DNA from: Candidatus Dojkabacteria bacterium
Lineage (GTDB): Bacteria; Patescibacteriota; Dojkabacteria; SC72
Direction of reading: 5' to 3'
DNA length: 45,466 nucleotides
Assembly (NCBI GenBank): GCA_040773125.1
Contig: JAXGWV010000001.1
Coordinates: 1 to 45,466, forward strand
Every line of letters begins with the position of its first letter. Within the stretch, counting starts at the first letter, position 1. Position numbers and translations under genes: made by a program. Shown here in pieces: positions 24,793-34,568 of the stretch. Below the pieces are notes generated by a model. That model made no database searches. It saw nothing but the letters and a program-made list of their open reading frames with translations, and had not been told where the DNA came from.

Positions 24793-27782
24793 TTTGGTGT
24801 ATTCCAGACCATCTTGTACTCCATGTCCTTGTTGAGTTCAAATCTCCCAGATAGCTGGTTACTTATGGTGTTTAAGCCAGCAGCATTGGTTAAGACCCAA
24901 CTAGGAGGATATGATATGTCAATTTTTAAGGCATGCTTTCTTTCTCCTGGTTGCTTGAAAATATTTAAATCAAAGAAAGTTGTGCCATCTTGTTCTGTTA
25001 GAGGGAATTGAATCCCAGAATCGGACTTTTTTAATCGGTATGATATTTCTAATGTTGAAACCTGTTTTACAGGGATATTAAACCAGCCACCTATTACCTT
25101 AAACCCACTTTCTTTGTATGTTGAAAATTTGTTTTTTTCAAATCCTACAACTTTTAATACTTGTGCTTCTGCAGGAATATATATCCTTTGATAGTTAATA
25201 TAGTCACCCTGAGGGTATACATTCTCTGTAGAAGAATTTTCCACAGTTAAAGTGTAAGCAAAATCTATGGTCTCTTCATCTTTAATGGAGATATTAAGTG
25301 CTAAATTTTTGTTTAGATACTGATTAGCCTTATTCCCACCCCAGTTCCAATCTATAGATATAGGGGAATCGTTATACTTGCTATCTAAGCTTCCGGCCCA
25401 GTTTTTATCGTTAAAGAAGTTATATGCAGAATTATTTTTAAAAGATACCTGAAGATGTTTCTCATCAAGTGAGCTAATTAAAACATCTCCTAATTCAACA
25501 AACTGATTTATTTCCATGGAAAGAAATTTCTTAATTATTTCATTAGCCAGGTTCGCAAGAAAAGTAGTTTTTTGGGTTGAGCCTGGTGTGAACTCTCGAT
25601 GCATTTGAAATACTTTCTCATAGATATTTTGCCCAGTAATAATCTCGTCCTCTCCTGGAACTTCAATGCCTCCCCACTTATCAAGTAGTTTCTGGAAGAA
25701 AGTAATATCGATTGTGATTATCCCATCAATATCATTCCCCTTATCTAAGTCGGAAACAAACTGCTCAGATGCTGTTCTTGTCTCTGCAAGATCAGGGCTC
25801 CAGTTTACTAATGAAAAACTCCATTCATCAATACCGAGGGCTTTTCCCATTGATTCTGGAGGAGTATACCTTTTCCCCTGAACACGTAGGGTTCCTTCCG
25901 CATTGTAAATATCATCAACAAAGAGCTCTCTTATCTGTCCACCATCTATTCCAATTATTCCATAGCTCGTAATCCAACCCCCTGTACTTCTAATTTCTGA
26001 CTCGTTCTGAAGAAGAACGAGGTATCTTTGTCTTTCATTTACTCCTAATATTTCTGGTAGAAAAGCAGTTATGTCTTTGTAAGTTTTTGCTGTTGTCTCA
26101 GCTGTTTTTGAAAGCTCCTTAATTTCCATTATCTTGTTCTGTGTTACTTTGGGGAAGGAATTAATATCTATCTTTTTCAGAATCTCATTTGCCAAAGTGA
26201 TTCTGTATGCTGCCTCATCTAATTTATACCTATTGTCACCAATTTTCTCCAAATAGTCACGATATTCTCTTGTGGTAGAAGGAACAGACTCGTCAAATGT
26301 GATTGCAGGCTTAAAATCTTTAATATACATTGAAAGTGGATAGGTTGCTTCTAGAAGCAATTTCCCCCCTTGTACAGATTGTTGTGATGCAGTTAGAACT
26401 TTGGAAAAATTGTTGTAAAGCTCTTTTTCTCCAACAACAGAGAAGATCCATCCCAGATTTTCAAAACTATCAGATACTCTCGTCAGATTATTTTCAATTT
26501 TGTAGATATACTGGTTGTTAGCATCGGTATCTGAGTTGAAAATATTCTGTGAAAGAAGCTTTATTGAGGAATTTATTACAGAAAGTCCGATTACTGTACC
26601 AAGAATTGGATATATTACAAAGTAAGAGAAAATGGCTATTAGAACAAATGTTACAATACCTTTCAAAATACCTTTTTTCGATGGCCTTGAGTTTCCATTG
26701 TGTATTTTAATTTTTCTGATTGGTTCTGTAAGTTTATGGAGGAACTCTCCCATTTTTGTCTTAGTAATTTTTGTTGTTTTTTTATTCTCTTCGGTTTTGG
26801 TTGGGGATATGTCCCAAGATTTGTTTATGATATCGTAATATACCTGTATCTGTTCAATTAAAGCTTTTTCAAGAGTTACTTGCTGGTTCCATCCATACTT
26901 TCCTGCATGTGGAGCTGGTACATAAATGTCTTGGATGAGATATTTTTCATCAGGATTATCTACAAACCTTATGCTTTGAGCTTCTGTATTTAATTCAAGT
27001 AATTTATATGCAATCGATAGTGTTGTGTAGTCACTTTTGTTTGCAAGGGAAATGACTTCACCCTTAGTATTGTTTGCAAAAGTTAACTTTAACAATCCGT
27101 AAACGGCATCATCTTCTTGGATAAGGTTATGAATGTCAAGTCCGTCACCTTTTATAGTAATTTGTGAGCTCTGGGTTGCTTCAGTAATTAAATTGTGAAT
27201 AGTTTCATCTTCAACTTTATCGATTCCACTTCCAATTAAGGTTCCAATTCGAATAATCCTTGCGTTAATATCCGTTTTATCCTTGAACTCTGCAACCATC
27301 GTTTCACAATATTTTTGCAATTCTATGTTTGAGTAAGCTGATGGTTTAGACAGATATTCGGAGTTAGCTCTTTTAGCCAGCTCCCTATTTAGTGCAAGAG
27401 AAGTGACGAGTGAAAATTTAGCATTGTTCTTTTTTACCTGTGTAAGACTTAACTCAAGATACTTGGTTTCGAGAAGAAAGTCTTTGCTCTCAAATTCGTT
27501 TTCTTTTAGCTTATCTTCGAGCATATAGTAAAGATAATCGAACCTCTTGATGTTCTTAAACAGTGAGTCAAAACCCTTGAAGTCAAAAAAATCTACAAGA
27601 TCTGACTTCTTTAGCTCTGATATATATTTTTTAGTCTCTGAGTTGAATTTATCAATAATTACAACATAGCCACCCTGTTCAACTAATGTCTTAGCTGTTA
27701 AATAGCCCAGACGATTTCCTCCATGAACGATGATTGTTATTGGTGTACTACTTTTAACTTTATTGAATCGTAAATTATTCAT
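24789..27782 (-). CDS. Fusion protein: NAD-epimerase-like Rossmann domain (degenerate motifs) + TM + DUF4012-like extracytoplasmic domain
   Basis: 997 aa. The N-terminus is IIVHGGNRLGYLTAKTLVEQGGYVVIIDK...IRIGTLIGSG...IKGDGLDIHNLIQEDD. A TM segment lies near aa 375-400. RYLVLLQNESEIRSTGGWITSYG matches my recollection of the DUF4012 core. Confidence 0.7.
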   Translation of the reverse strand: MNNLRFNKVKSSTPITIIVHGGNRLGYLTAKTLVEQGGYVVIIDKFNSETKKYISELKKSDLVDFFDFKGFDSLFKNIKRFDYLYYMLEDKLKENEFESKDFLLETKYLELSLTQVKKNNAKFSLVTSLALNRELAKRANSEYLSKPSAYSNIELQKYCETMVAEFKDKTDINARIIRIGTLIGSGIDKVEDETIHNLITEATQSSQITIKGDGLDIHNLIQEDDAVYGLLKLTFANNTKGEVISLANKSDYTTLSIAYKLLELNTEAQSIRFVDNPDEKYLIQDIYVPAPHAGKYGWNQQVTLEKALIEQIQVYYDIINKSWDISPTKTEENKKTTKITKTKMGEFLHKLTEPIRKIKIHNGNSRPSKKGILKGIVTFVLIAIFSYFVIYPILGTVIGLSVINSSIKLLSQNIFNSDTDANNQYIYKIENNLTRVSDSFENLGWIFSVVGEKELYNNFSKVLTASQQSVQGGKLLLEATYPLSMYIKDFKPAITFDESVPSTTREYRDYLEKIGDNRYKLDEAAYRITLANEILKKIDINSFPKVTQNKIMEIKELSKTAETTAKTYKDITAFLPEILGVNERQRYLVLLQNESEIRSTGGWITSYGIIGIDGGQIRELFVDDIYNAEGTLRVQGKRYTPPESMGKALGIDEWSFSLVNWSPDLAETRTASEQFVSDLDKGNDIDGIITIDITFFQKLLDKWGGIEVPGEDEIITGQNIYEKVFQMHREFTPGSTQKTTFLANLANEIIKKFLSMEINQFVELGDVLISSLDEKHLQVSFKNNSAYNFFNDKNWAGSLDSKYNDSPISIDWNWGGNKANQYLNKNLALNISIKDEETIDFAYTLTVENSSTENVYPQGDYINYQRIYIPAEAQVLKVVGFEKNKFSTYKESGFKVIGGWFNIPVKQVSTLEISYRLKKSDSGIQFPLTEQDGTTFFDLNIFKQPGERKHALKIDISYPPSWVLTNAAGLNTISNQLSGRFELNKDMEYKMVWNTPN

Positions 27783-27786
27783 AGTA

Positions 27787-28419
27787 TTAGTTTTCTAAAG
27801 AAATAGGGATTGGTAATTGGTAAATTTTTAAATTTAACTGGTAATTTTCTCTTATATTAACGGGAAGCTCTATTCCAAGATAGCCATCGTTTTCTACTTT
27901 AATCTTTTGTTCTCCCATCTCTAATTCAATATTAGTTAAACTTGCCCTGTTTGTAAATTCGCCATTTATATATATTTTGGGGTTATTAGTATTGCTTGTA
28001 ACAGTTAAATAGCCCTTGTTTGGGGAGGTTTTTATTGGAGAATAGTACAAGATTGAACCGTGAAGAAGTTCTTCAGGACCGATTTCAATATCCATTCTAG
28101 CTGTTGTATTTTTGGTAAGTTCGATATTGAAAGAGTGTTTTTTGTAAAAGGTATCTTCTGGAGCGATTTTTTCCATTTCGACTAAATAGTTTCCTTCTGG
28201 GAGATCTTGAACAGTTACTGGAGTTTCTCCATAATCTTTTTCATTAATCCATACCTTAGCTTTCCCTCTTTGAGTTACTATTTCGAGAGTAGTATTGTTG
28301 TAGAACCTATTAAAAAAAGGTAGCTGACTAATGAGTTGTTTGGGAGGGAAGAAGTAGAATATTGTTGAGATCAAAATGATAGTGAAAATGATTATAATGG
28401 CAGTTTTGAACTTTTTCAT
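27787..28419 (-). CDS. PEGA-domain protein (N-terminal membrane anchor, two PEGA-like modules)
   Basis: AKVWINEKDYGETPVTVQDLPEGNYLVEM and PKIYINGEFTNRASLTNIELEMGEQKIKV are the two modules. The N-terminal TM segment is TAIIIIFTIILISTIFYFF. Confidence 0.75.
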   Translation of the reverse strand: MKKFKTAIIIIFTIILISTIFYFFPPKQLISQLPFFNRFYNNTTLEIVTQRGKAKVWINEKDYGETPVTVQDLPEGNYLVEMEKIAPEDTFYKKHSFNIELTKNTTARMDIEIGPEELLHGSILYYSPIKTSPNKGYLTVTSNTNNPKIYINGEFTNRASLTNIELEMGEQKIKVENDGYLGIELPVNIRENYQLNLKIYQLPIPISLEN

Positions 28420-28425
28420 AACAAC

Positions 28426-28431
28426 ATTATA
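28426..28431 (-). promoter_or_regulatory. -10 hexamer TATAAT, 6 nt upstream of PEGA-gene ATG
   Basis: The minus strand reads TATAAT-gttgtt-ATG, inside the 42-nt spacer after the GT4 gene. Confidence 0.4.
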
Positions 28432-28461
28432 TGTAGAAGTCTTGCTTTTGTCTATTAATTC

Positions 28462-29670
28462 CTAATATGAGAATCTTGATTCTGGGGATTCTTTGTTAAT
28501 TTCTTTCTTCTGTCCTTTTTTTATGGCTCTTATATTCGCATATACAATTACTCCTATAGCAAGAGCAATGGCAAGGACAATTGCAAAGTATCTAACTGTT
28601 TCGGCTGTAAGTATGGCAAAAGAGCCAAAGAAAAGGGTAAGTGATATCTCCACAAGTACTACCTGTTTTCTGGTTAATCCAATCTTTATTAATTGATGAT
28701 GAAAATGGTCAGGGCCATTTATTCTCATTAATTCAGAAATACTCTTTGGCTTGTAAGTGATATATCTTTTAATAATTACAAATATAAAATCAAGAAGTGG
28801 AATGATTAAAAGTATTATAGAAGTTGAGAGCTTAGCGTTTGCCAATATTGACAGGACGCAGATTAGAAAGCCGTATATTGATTTACCAGCGGAGCCAGTC
28901 ATAATTTTTTGTGGAGGGAGGGCAAAGATGAAAAAAATTATCATTCCTCCAGTGATTAATATACTTAATGTTGATGAGAAGAGGATATTAAATCTTACTG
29001 CAATTACGAAGATTAGGAGAAATATTATTATAGAGTTTCCTTCAATTATTCCTGGGGATCCAGCAGTCCATTTGTAAGCATTAATACATACAAGTATCCA
29101 GAGAATTGCTATTAAATCTCCGGGAAAAACAAAGGAGTTCTGTATTCCCAAAAGTTTGAAATTCCACGTAAATGCATCTAGTGGGATGTTGATAATCGAA
29201 AGATTGGTAAGATTTATTATTGAAAAGGCAATGATTATCGATGCAGCTAGTTGATAAAGAAGTTGAGTCTTCGCAGGAAGGTTGAATATATCGTCTAGTG
29301 TAGAACCAATTATTAGAATTAATATAGAAATAAGAATTGGAATCGTAGTACTATCCATTTTAAAGAAAAAGATTATAGCAAGAAGCAAAGGGATTGTAAT
29401 TGCTAATCCTCCTAAAGAAGGTGTAATACCCTCATGAATTGCTTTCTCCTGGTTATCAAAATCTCTTCCCTGTCTTTTGACTCCCGGCTTATATGTAATA
29501 TCATATTTGTTTGCGATATACCCAATTATTGGAGTAAGTATTAGTGAAGATATAATTCCGATAATGAAAATTGGTAAGAACTGGAGATATTTTGCCCATA
29601 CCTCTCCAAGAAGTGAGAAATCAAAATAATTCAGTAATTTTTCTAGGTAAAGGCTAGCCTGAATATTCAT
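28462..29670 (-). CDS. Polyprenyl-phosphate sugar-1-phosphate transferase, glycosyltransferase family 4 (WecA/TagO/MraY superfamily)
   Basis: 402 aa with about 10-11 TM segments. IHEGITPSLGGLAI and GSTLDDIFNLPAKTQLLYQL match the GT4 cytoplasmic-loop motifs. Confidence 0.8.
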   Translation of the reverse strand: MNIQASLYLEKLLNYFDFSLLGEVWAKYLQFLPIFIIGIISSLILTPIIGYIANKYDITYKPGVKRQGRDFDNQEKAIHEGITPSLGGLAITIPLLLAIIFFFKMDSTTIPILISILILIIGSTLDDIFNLPAKTQLLYQLAASIIIAFSIINLTNLSIINIPLDAFTWNFKLLGIQNSFVFPGDLIAILWILVCINAYKWTAGSPGIIEGNSIIIFLLIFVIAVRFNILFSSTLSILITGGMIIFFIFALPPQKIMTGSAGKSIYGFLICVLSILANAKLSTSIILLIIPLLDFIFVIIKRYITYKPKSISELMRINGPDHFHHQLIKIGLTRKQVVLVEISLTLFFGSFAILTAETVRYFAIVLAIALAIGVIVYANIRAIKKGQKKEINKESPESRFSY

Positions 29671-30158
29671 TATGTTTTAATCAATTGAATTAAAATAATA
29701 GACAAAAAAATGGTTGAAACAGAGGAACTTACGAGAAGAAATTTTGAGAGAGATTTCTCTTTATTGTAATTTCGAGATACGGAAAAGAGAGTTGAAACTG
29801 TAATAAGGATACTAAGGGTAGGGAAGATATAAAGATATTCTTTTGGGGAGAGGATATCCTGAGGAGAGTTAAAGAATTTAAAAAGTGGTATAAGAGTAGG
29901 CAATTTTTCTATATTAGTAATGATTGAATTAATCTGAAAAAGGGATAAACATCCACCCCAAATTATGACTGACCATACCAATGGGTCTTTTAAAAATTTG
30001 ATAACTTCAAGCTTTAAGACTGCAAAGTCAAAATTCCTTTTAGCTTTGTAAAATTTGTTTTTAAAAGGCTCTTTAATATCCAAATTAAGTTGTTTAGGTT
30101 CCTCTGTCGAATTGGTCCCATTTTTCTTTTTTGGGAGCTCTTTGACTTTTTTTGACAT
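29670..30158 (-). CDS. Hypothetical membrane protein
   Basis: 162 aa with a basic N-terminus and 3-4 TM segments. Its stop overlaps the GT4 start by 1 nt (TAATG). Confidence 0.55.
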   Translation of the reverse strand: MSKKVKELPKKKNGTNSTEEPKQLNLDIKEPFKNKFYKAKRNFDFAVLKLEVIKFLKDPLVWSVIIWGGCLSLFQINSIITNIEKLPTLIPLFKFFNSPQDILSPKEYLYIFPTLSILITVSTLFSVSRNYNKEKSLSKFLLVSSSVSTIFLSIILIQLIKT

Positions 30159-30163
30159 AACGG

Positions 30164-30172
30164 ATTATATCA
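30164..30172 (-). promoter_or_regulatory. Extended -10 element TGATATAAT, 5 nt upstream of ATG 30158
   Basis: The minus strand reads TGATATAAT-ccgtt-ATG, in the 19-nt spacer after rsmA. Confidence 0.4.
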
Positions 30173-30177
30173 TTATA

Positions 30178-30954
30178 TTAGGAAGACAGTACATTTGAGT
30201 AAAGAAAATAAAAATCATCCAAAGAGGCATGTTGAGCTCTTTTCTCAAGCAATTCTACTATTCTTTTTTGTTGATCAACTTTGAAAAGATATCTCTTAAG
30301 ATTATTAGAAAGTTTTTTTCTTGGTTGCTTGAATGCTGATTGTAAGAACTGATCAAACTCTTCAATTGAATTATTTTCACTAAACAATTTGTCTGAATCT
30401 TTTATCGGATAGAAACATATCAAAGAGCTCATTACTTTCGGTTTCGGTCTAAATGAATCAGGTGCAATGTCGAATATTCTCTTAGTATTTGCATAGAGCA
30501 AAGTTTTTGTCGCCAAATAATTGTTTTGTGGAGGCCTAGAGAGATATTTCTCTGCGACTTCTTTCTGAATAATAAAAAAACATGGACTTTTGAAATACTC
30601 AGATTTGATAATCTTGTCAATTATTTTTTTAGATACATTGTAAGGAAGAGAACCGAAGAAAGTAATTTTCTCATTAGGATAAGTGGACAATTCATTAAAA
30701 TTCCAATCTAGAAAGTCGCTGTTTATCACTACATTCTCTGGATAAGTGAAAGAAAGCTGATTGGCTAAGTTGTCATCCTTTTCTATGAGGATTAGCTTAA
30801 CATCTTGATTATAAAATATTTTTGAAAAATATCCTTGACCAGGCCCAATTTCCACTATTATCTCTGGAGATTCTTTTAATACTTCTTGAACTATTCTTTT
30901 TGCAAGATTCTGATTTACGAAAAAGTTTTGTCCTAAGGATTTTTTTTGTTCCAT
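30178..30954 (-). CDS. rsmA: 16S rRNA (adenine1518/1519-N6)-dimethyltransferase
   Basis: KKSLGQNFFVNQNLAKRIV and VEIGPGQGYFS are present. The ORF opens at TTG 30975, but the first ATG at 30954 makes a TAATG junction with the upstream gene. Confidence 0.9.
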   Translation of the reverse strand: MEQKKSLGQNFFVNQNLAKRIVQEVLKESPEIIVEIGPGQGYFSKIFYNQDVKLILIEKDDNLANQLSFTYPENVVINSDFLDWNFNELSTYPNEKITFFGSLPYNVSKKIIDKIIKSEYFKSPCFFIIQKEVAEKYLSRPPQNNYLATKTLLYANTKRIFDIAPDSFRPKPKVMSSLICFYPIKDSDKLFSENNSIEEFDQFLQSAFKQPRKKLSNNLKRYLFKVDQQKRIVELLEKRAQHASLDDFYFLYSNVLSS

Positions 30955-31883
30955 TATTCTATTCGAAAATCCCAAACATTATGTTCTTTCTTAAACTCTA
31001 ACTTACATTTATTACACTTTGCCAAGTTATCTTTAATTGTAAGATTTCCTTTACATTTAGGGCAAGCTAGAATATCTTCAAGATTTGTCTTAACAGTATT
31101 CACCTTATCTTTCTTTTTAATTATCGTATCAAAGAAGATACTTGGTGGAAAATTGGAAAAAGAAAATAGTCTTTGTATTATTTTTTCAAAAAAGAGGAGA
31201 GTACTATCGTTAAAAATCTTTTTAAAAAATGGTGACCTAAAGTACGAACAACCATATTTTTTTACAACTTGAAAATTTTCATCAACTAATAAGTTCTTGA
31301 TGTGATTCGGATGATAATTGTAAAAAATACCTTCAATATTGTTCTTTGTCCCTTCAGAAGCCGTTAATGTTGGTTGCCTATAAGGGCTTATGTTAAAGAA
31401 ACTTTTATCTCTTTTAATAATAGCTCTTATTTTTGCTTTAAAGTGCATCTTATTCGCAAATTCCTGGACATATTGTCCATCATTTTTCAATACCCTCCCT
31501 AACTCTTTAAAATATTCATTTGGATTCTCAATGTGATGTAAAACTCTTACCATTAGTCCACCATCAAAAATACTGTCTTTAAAGGGCATTTTGTAAGCAT
31601 TTGCAGCAATTAAATGAATACCTGGGTATTTATTAACCAAGACATCATAATTATTCCTAAGGGTTTTAGCAGAATAATCTAGAATAACAGGGTTTTGATA
31701 ATGATTGTAATATGTAGATGTTAGTCGTCCATACGAACCTCCAACATCTAGAAACCAGTCTCCATTTTTCTTTCGAAAAATTCTATTAAGCAAATGTATT
31801 TCAGATAAGTGCTCATATCTTCTTTTTTGCCAGTATTGCGAGTAGTCATAATTGAAGAGGTCATAATCTGAAATGTTATTCAT
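30954..31883 (-). CDS. Class I SAM-dependent methyltransferase with C-terminal Trm112-like zinc ribbon
   Basis: Motif I is WFLDVGGSYGRL. The C-terminus has ILACPKCKGNLTIKDNLAKCNKCKLEF. The gene overlaps the dnaG stop by 8 nt. Confidence 0.75.
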   Translation of the reverse strand: MNNISDYDLFNYDYSQYWQKRRYEHLSEIHLLNRIFRKKNGDWFLDVGGSYGRLTSTYYNHYQNPVILDYSAKTLRNNYDVLVNKYPGIHLIAANAYKMPFKDSIFDGGLMVRVLHHIENPNEYFKELGRVLKNDGQYVQEFANKMHFKAKIRAIIKRDKSFFNISPYRQPTLTASEGTKNNIEGIFYNYHPNHIKNLLVDENFQVVKKYGCSYFRSPFFKKIFNDSTLLFFEKIIQRLFSFSNFPPSIFFDTIIKKKDKVNTVKTNLEDILACPKCKGNLTIKDNLAKCNKCKLEFKKEHNVWDFRIE

Positions 31884-33591
31884 TCTTTAACTCATGTAAT
31901 ATTTTAGCTACTTTCTGTAATCTTTTTAAAGCTTTTTCCTTCTCATCATCATCATCAATTTCCTCACTCATTGCAATTTTGGAAACCAAATTCTTCTGAA
32001 TTTCTTTGTAGTATTTTCCCTTTAATTGTCTCTGGAGTGAAAACAATTCTTTTTCAAACTCGTTTTCTTGTGGAAGCCTATTTGCATTGAAAATCATATC
32101 TTCTAGAACTTGTTGTATGTTTGGATGATTGTTAATTTTTTCGAACAATTCAGATTTAGTTACGGATTTGTTTTGAGAAATATAATCATAAATTTCTCGT
32201 TGGAGGGTATCAGAAATGTACTTGCTATCTATGAAATATTCATCCTTTCTTTTGTCTGCAAACAGAAGAAGTTGAATATATCGTGTTTCAGTATCTTCCT
32301 TATAGGGAGTAGAACTCTTTACTTGTGTTGGTGAGAGTCTATTTGTTATTCCCACTTCAACCTTTCCGTATTTTATTCCAGTAATTTCTTCTAATTTCCT
32401 AATATAGAGTGACTTTGTGTTCTTATCTTGGACGGTATCCAATATTGGAAAAATTATTTTTTGGATTTTATTAATGTCCTCGAGTTTGTTTAGATCTTTA
32501 TCTTTGATTACATTAGCAAGGATAAAGGAGAATGCTTCGACTTTGTTGTTAATTACTTCTGAGATTTCCTCTGGCTCATTTTGAATAAATTCATCAATAT
32601 CTTTGTAGGGAGATGGGGTGGCAGCAAATGGGTTCATTCCAAGTTTAGAAGCCAATTCAAATCCTCTTATTAATGCTGCTCTTCCTGCAGTGTCATTATC
32701 AAAGAAAAGGAGGACATTTTTGGTTAAGGGGATTAAAGATTCGAGCTGTTGTAAAGTCAAACTAGTCCCAAGAGGTGCAACAATATTCTTAATCCCAACT
32801 TGATGTGCAGATATTACATCTGTTGATCCTTCACAGATAATTACTAAATCTTGTTTCCTAATTTCTTGGCGAGATTCGTATTGGCCAAACAGGTTGTAGG
32901 ATTTATGAAAGAGAGGAGTTTCTGGTGAGTTCATGTATTTGGGGCCATATTCATTCCCTGCATTTTGTCTGGCGGTAAAAGCTATTACATCTCCTCTCCT
33001 GGAACGGATAGGAAACATGATTCTATCGAAAAATTTTTCTTTTAGCTCTCCGTTTTTTTCAGTAAACAGACCAGTCTCAAGTAGAACTTTTTTGCTGTAA
33101 CTACCAGTTTTCTTAATTTCTGAGATTAATTTAGGATATTTTGGAGAGTAACCTATTGCAAATTTTTTAATATACTCTCTACTGATTCCCCTTTTAAGTA
33201 CATAGTTTAAAGCACTAGGGCTCTTTAGGAGCTGATTGTAGTAATATTTAGTAGCAATGTAGTGAATTTCTTTGAGCTCTTTATACTTAGAATTAGATGC
33301 ACTTTTTTTTAATTCAACTCCTGCAATCTTTGCAAGCTTCTCTAATGCCTCAACAAAATCAATATTCTCAATATCTTGTACAAAATTAAAGATGTCCCCA
33401 CTTCTCCCACAGCCAAAGCATTTATATCTTTGAAGATCTGGGCTTACTATAAAGGAGGGTGTTTTCTCTTTATGAAATGGACAAAGACCAGAGAAATTTT
33501 TTCCTGTTTGTTTTAACTTAACATATTTTTCTACTAATTGAACAATGTCAACTCTTTCTTTAATTTCTTCAATTTGATTTCCTTCCTGCAT
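31876..33591 (-). CDS. dnaG: DNA primase
   Basis: The zinc finger is CPFHKEKTPSFIVSPDLQRYKCFGCGRSGDIFNF. The TOPRIM is VIICEGSTDVISAHQ...LFFDNDTAGRAA. The protein is 571 aa. Confidence 0.95.
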   Translation of the reverse strand: MQEGNQIEEIKERVDIVQLVEKYVKLKQTGKNFSGLCPFHKEKTPSFIVSPDLQRYKCFGCGRSGDIFNFVQDIENIDFVEALEKLAKIAGVELKKSASNSKYKELKEIHYIATKYYYNQLLKSPSALNYVLKRGISREYIKKFAIGYSPKYPKLISEIKKTGSYSKKVLLETGLFTEKNGELKEKFFDRIMFPIRSRRGDVIAFTARQNAGNEYGPKYMNSPETPLFHKSYNLFGQYESRQEIRKQDLVIICEGSTDVISAHQVGIKNIVAPLGTSLTLQQLESLIPLTKNVLLFFDNDTAGRAALIRGFELASKLGMNPFAATPSPYKDIDEFIQNEPEEISEVINNKVEAFSFILANVIKDKDLNKLEDINKIQKIIFPILDTVQDKNTKSLYIRKLEEITGIKYGKVEVGITNRLSPTQVKSSTPYKEDTETRYIQLLLFADKRKDEYFIDSKYISDTLQREIYDYISQNKSVTKSELFEKINNHPNIQQVLEDMIFNANRLPQENEFEKELFSLQRQLKGKYYKEIQKNLVSKIAMSEEIDDDDEKEKALKRLQKVAKILHELKNE

Positions 33592-33599
33592 TGTTTCCC

Positions 33600-33608
33600 A
33601 TTATACCA
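33600..33608 (-). promoter_or_regulatory. Extended -10 element TGGTATAAT, 8 nt upstream of dnaG ATG
   Basis: The minus strand reads TGGTATAAT-gggaaaca-ATG, in the 29-nt spacer after the rodZ-like gene. Confidence 0.45.
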
Positions 33609-33620
33609 TTAAAAAACTCT

Positions 33621-34559
33621 TTATTGACAATTAATACTACCTCCCTCTACGGTACAATTTATTTCTGCAACACCTTTCTCATTAGAAGTTGGCCATGTTA
33701 AGAGCTGGTCGTTGAAGAAGACCCTAGTGTTATTTATTCTCCCAGATACTATTTTAATTGTGCTCTTAATTTCAAACTCTTGAACTGATGGTTGAACAAC
33801 TTGAGAGAGTTTGTTCTCATTGTCTATGTCTAATTTTATCCACGCCGGAACATCAAAAACTTCGACTTTTATCTTATTAGTAGTGGGTTCCTCCACAGGT
33901 TTTTCATTTTCTTTGGTGAAGGTTATCTGGATTGTTTCTACTGTTTCAAGGATACTGTTGCTGTTTTTTCTTGCTTTTATTGTTATTAGATTATTCCCTT
34001 CTATGAGAGAAACTTCTTTTTCAAAAGAGCCATCCTCATTAACTGGTACGAGAATATTATTTATTTCTACCGATACATTTTTTTCTGTTTTTCCTACTAC
34101 TTTTATGGGTTGATTGTTTACGGTGGTGTTGTTATAAGGGGTTGAGATAGTAAGTACTGGTGGCTTTTGAAATTTGTAAATCTGAATCCCGAAATAGAGC
34201 AATATTAGGACAGAGAAAAGGACAAGTATTGAGATTACAATAGTTCTTGGGGTTATTGTAAAACCTCCTTTTCTCGAGTTTAGATTGTTGAAAGGAGTGA
34301 CAATTTTCTTCTCTTCGATTATTGGGTTTGTTCTTCGATAGAGGGCAAGGACTTTTTCAACATCCAAATTTAGATATTGGGCATATATTTTTATGAAACC
34401 AGTTAAAAAGACTTCTGATTCAAAAGGAAAGAACTCGTTTTTTTCAATGTACTGAAGAAATCTCTTTTGAATCTTAGTTTCAGAAGAAGCTGTGTCAAGG
34501 CTAATTTTTAATTTTTCTCTTTTGTTTTTTAATACTTCCCCAACTGTTACCATGGCCAA
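33621..34559 (-). CDS. RodZ-like cytoskeleton-associated protein (HTH + TM + extracytoplasmic domain)
   Basis: The N-terminal HTH is VGEVLKNKREKLKISLDTASSETKIQKRFLQYIEKNEF. The TM segment is IVISILVLFSVLILLYFGIQI. The ORF start at 34559 is TTG; ATG 34553 is the likely start. Confidence 0.7.
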   Translation of the reverse strand: MAMVTVGEVLKNKREKLKISLDTASSETKIQKRFLQYIEKNEFFPFESEVFLTGFIKIYAQYLNLDVEKVLALYRRTNPIIEEKKIVTPFNNLNSRKGGFTITPRTIVISILVLFSVLILLYFGIQIYKFQKPPVLTISTPYNNTTVNNQPIKVVGKTEKNVSVEINNILVPVNEDGSFEKEVSLIEGNNLITIKARKNSNSILETVETIQITFTKENEKPVEEPTTNKIKVEVFDVPAWIKLDIDNENKLSQVVQPSVQEFEIKSTIKIVSGRINNTRVFFNDQLLTWPTSNEKGVAEINCTVEGGSINCQ

Positions 34560-34568
34560 TTCTACTAC

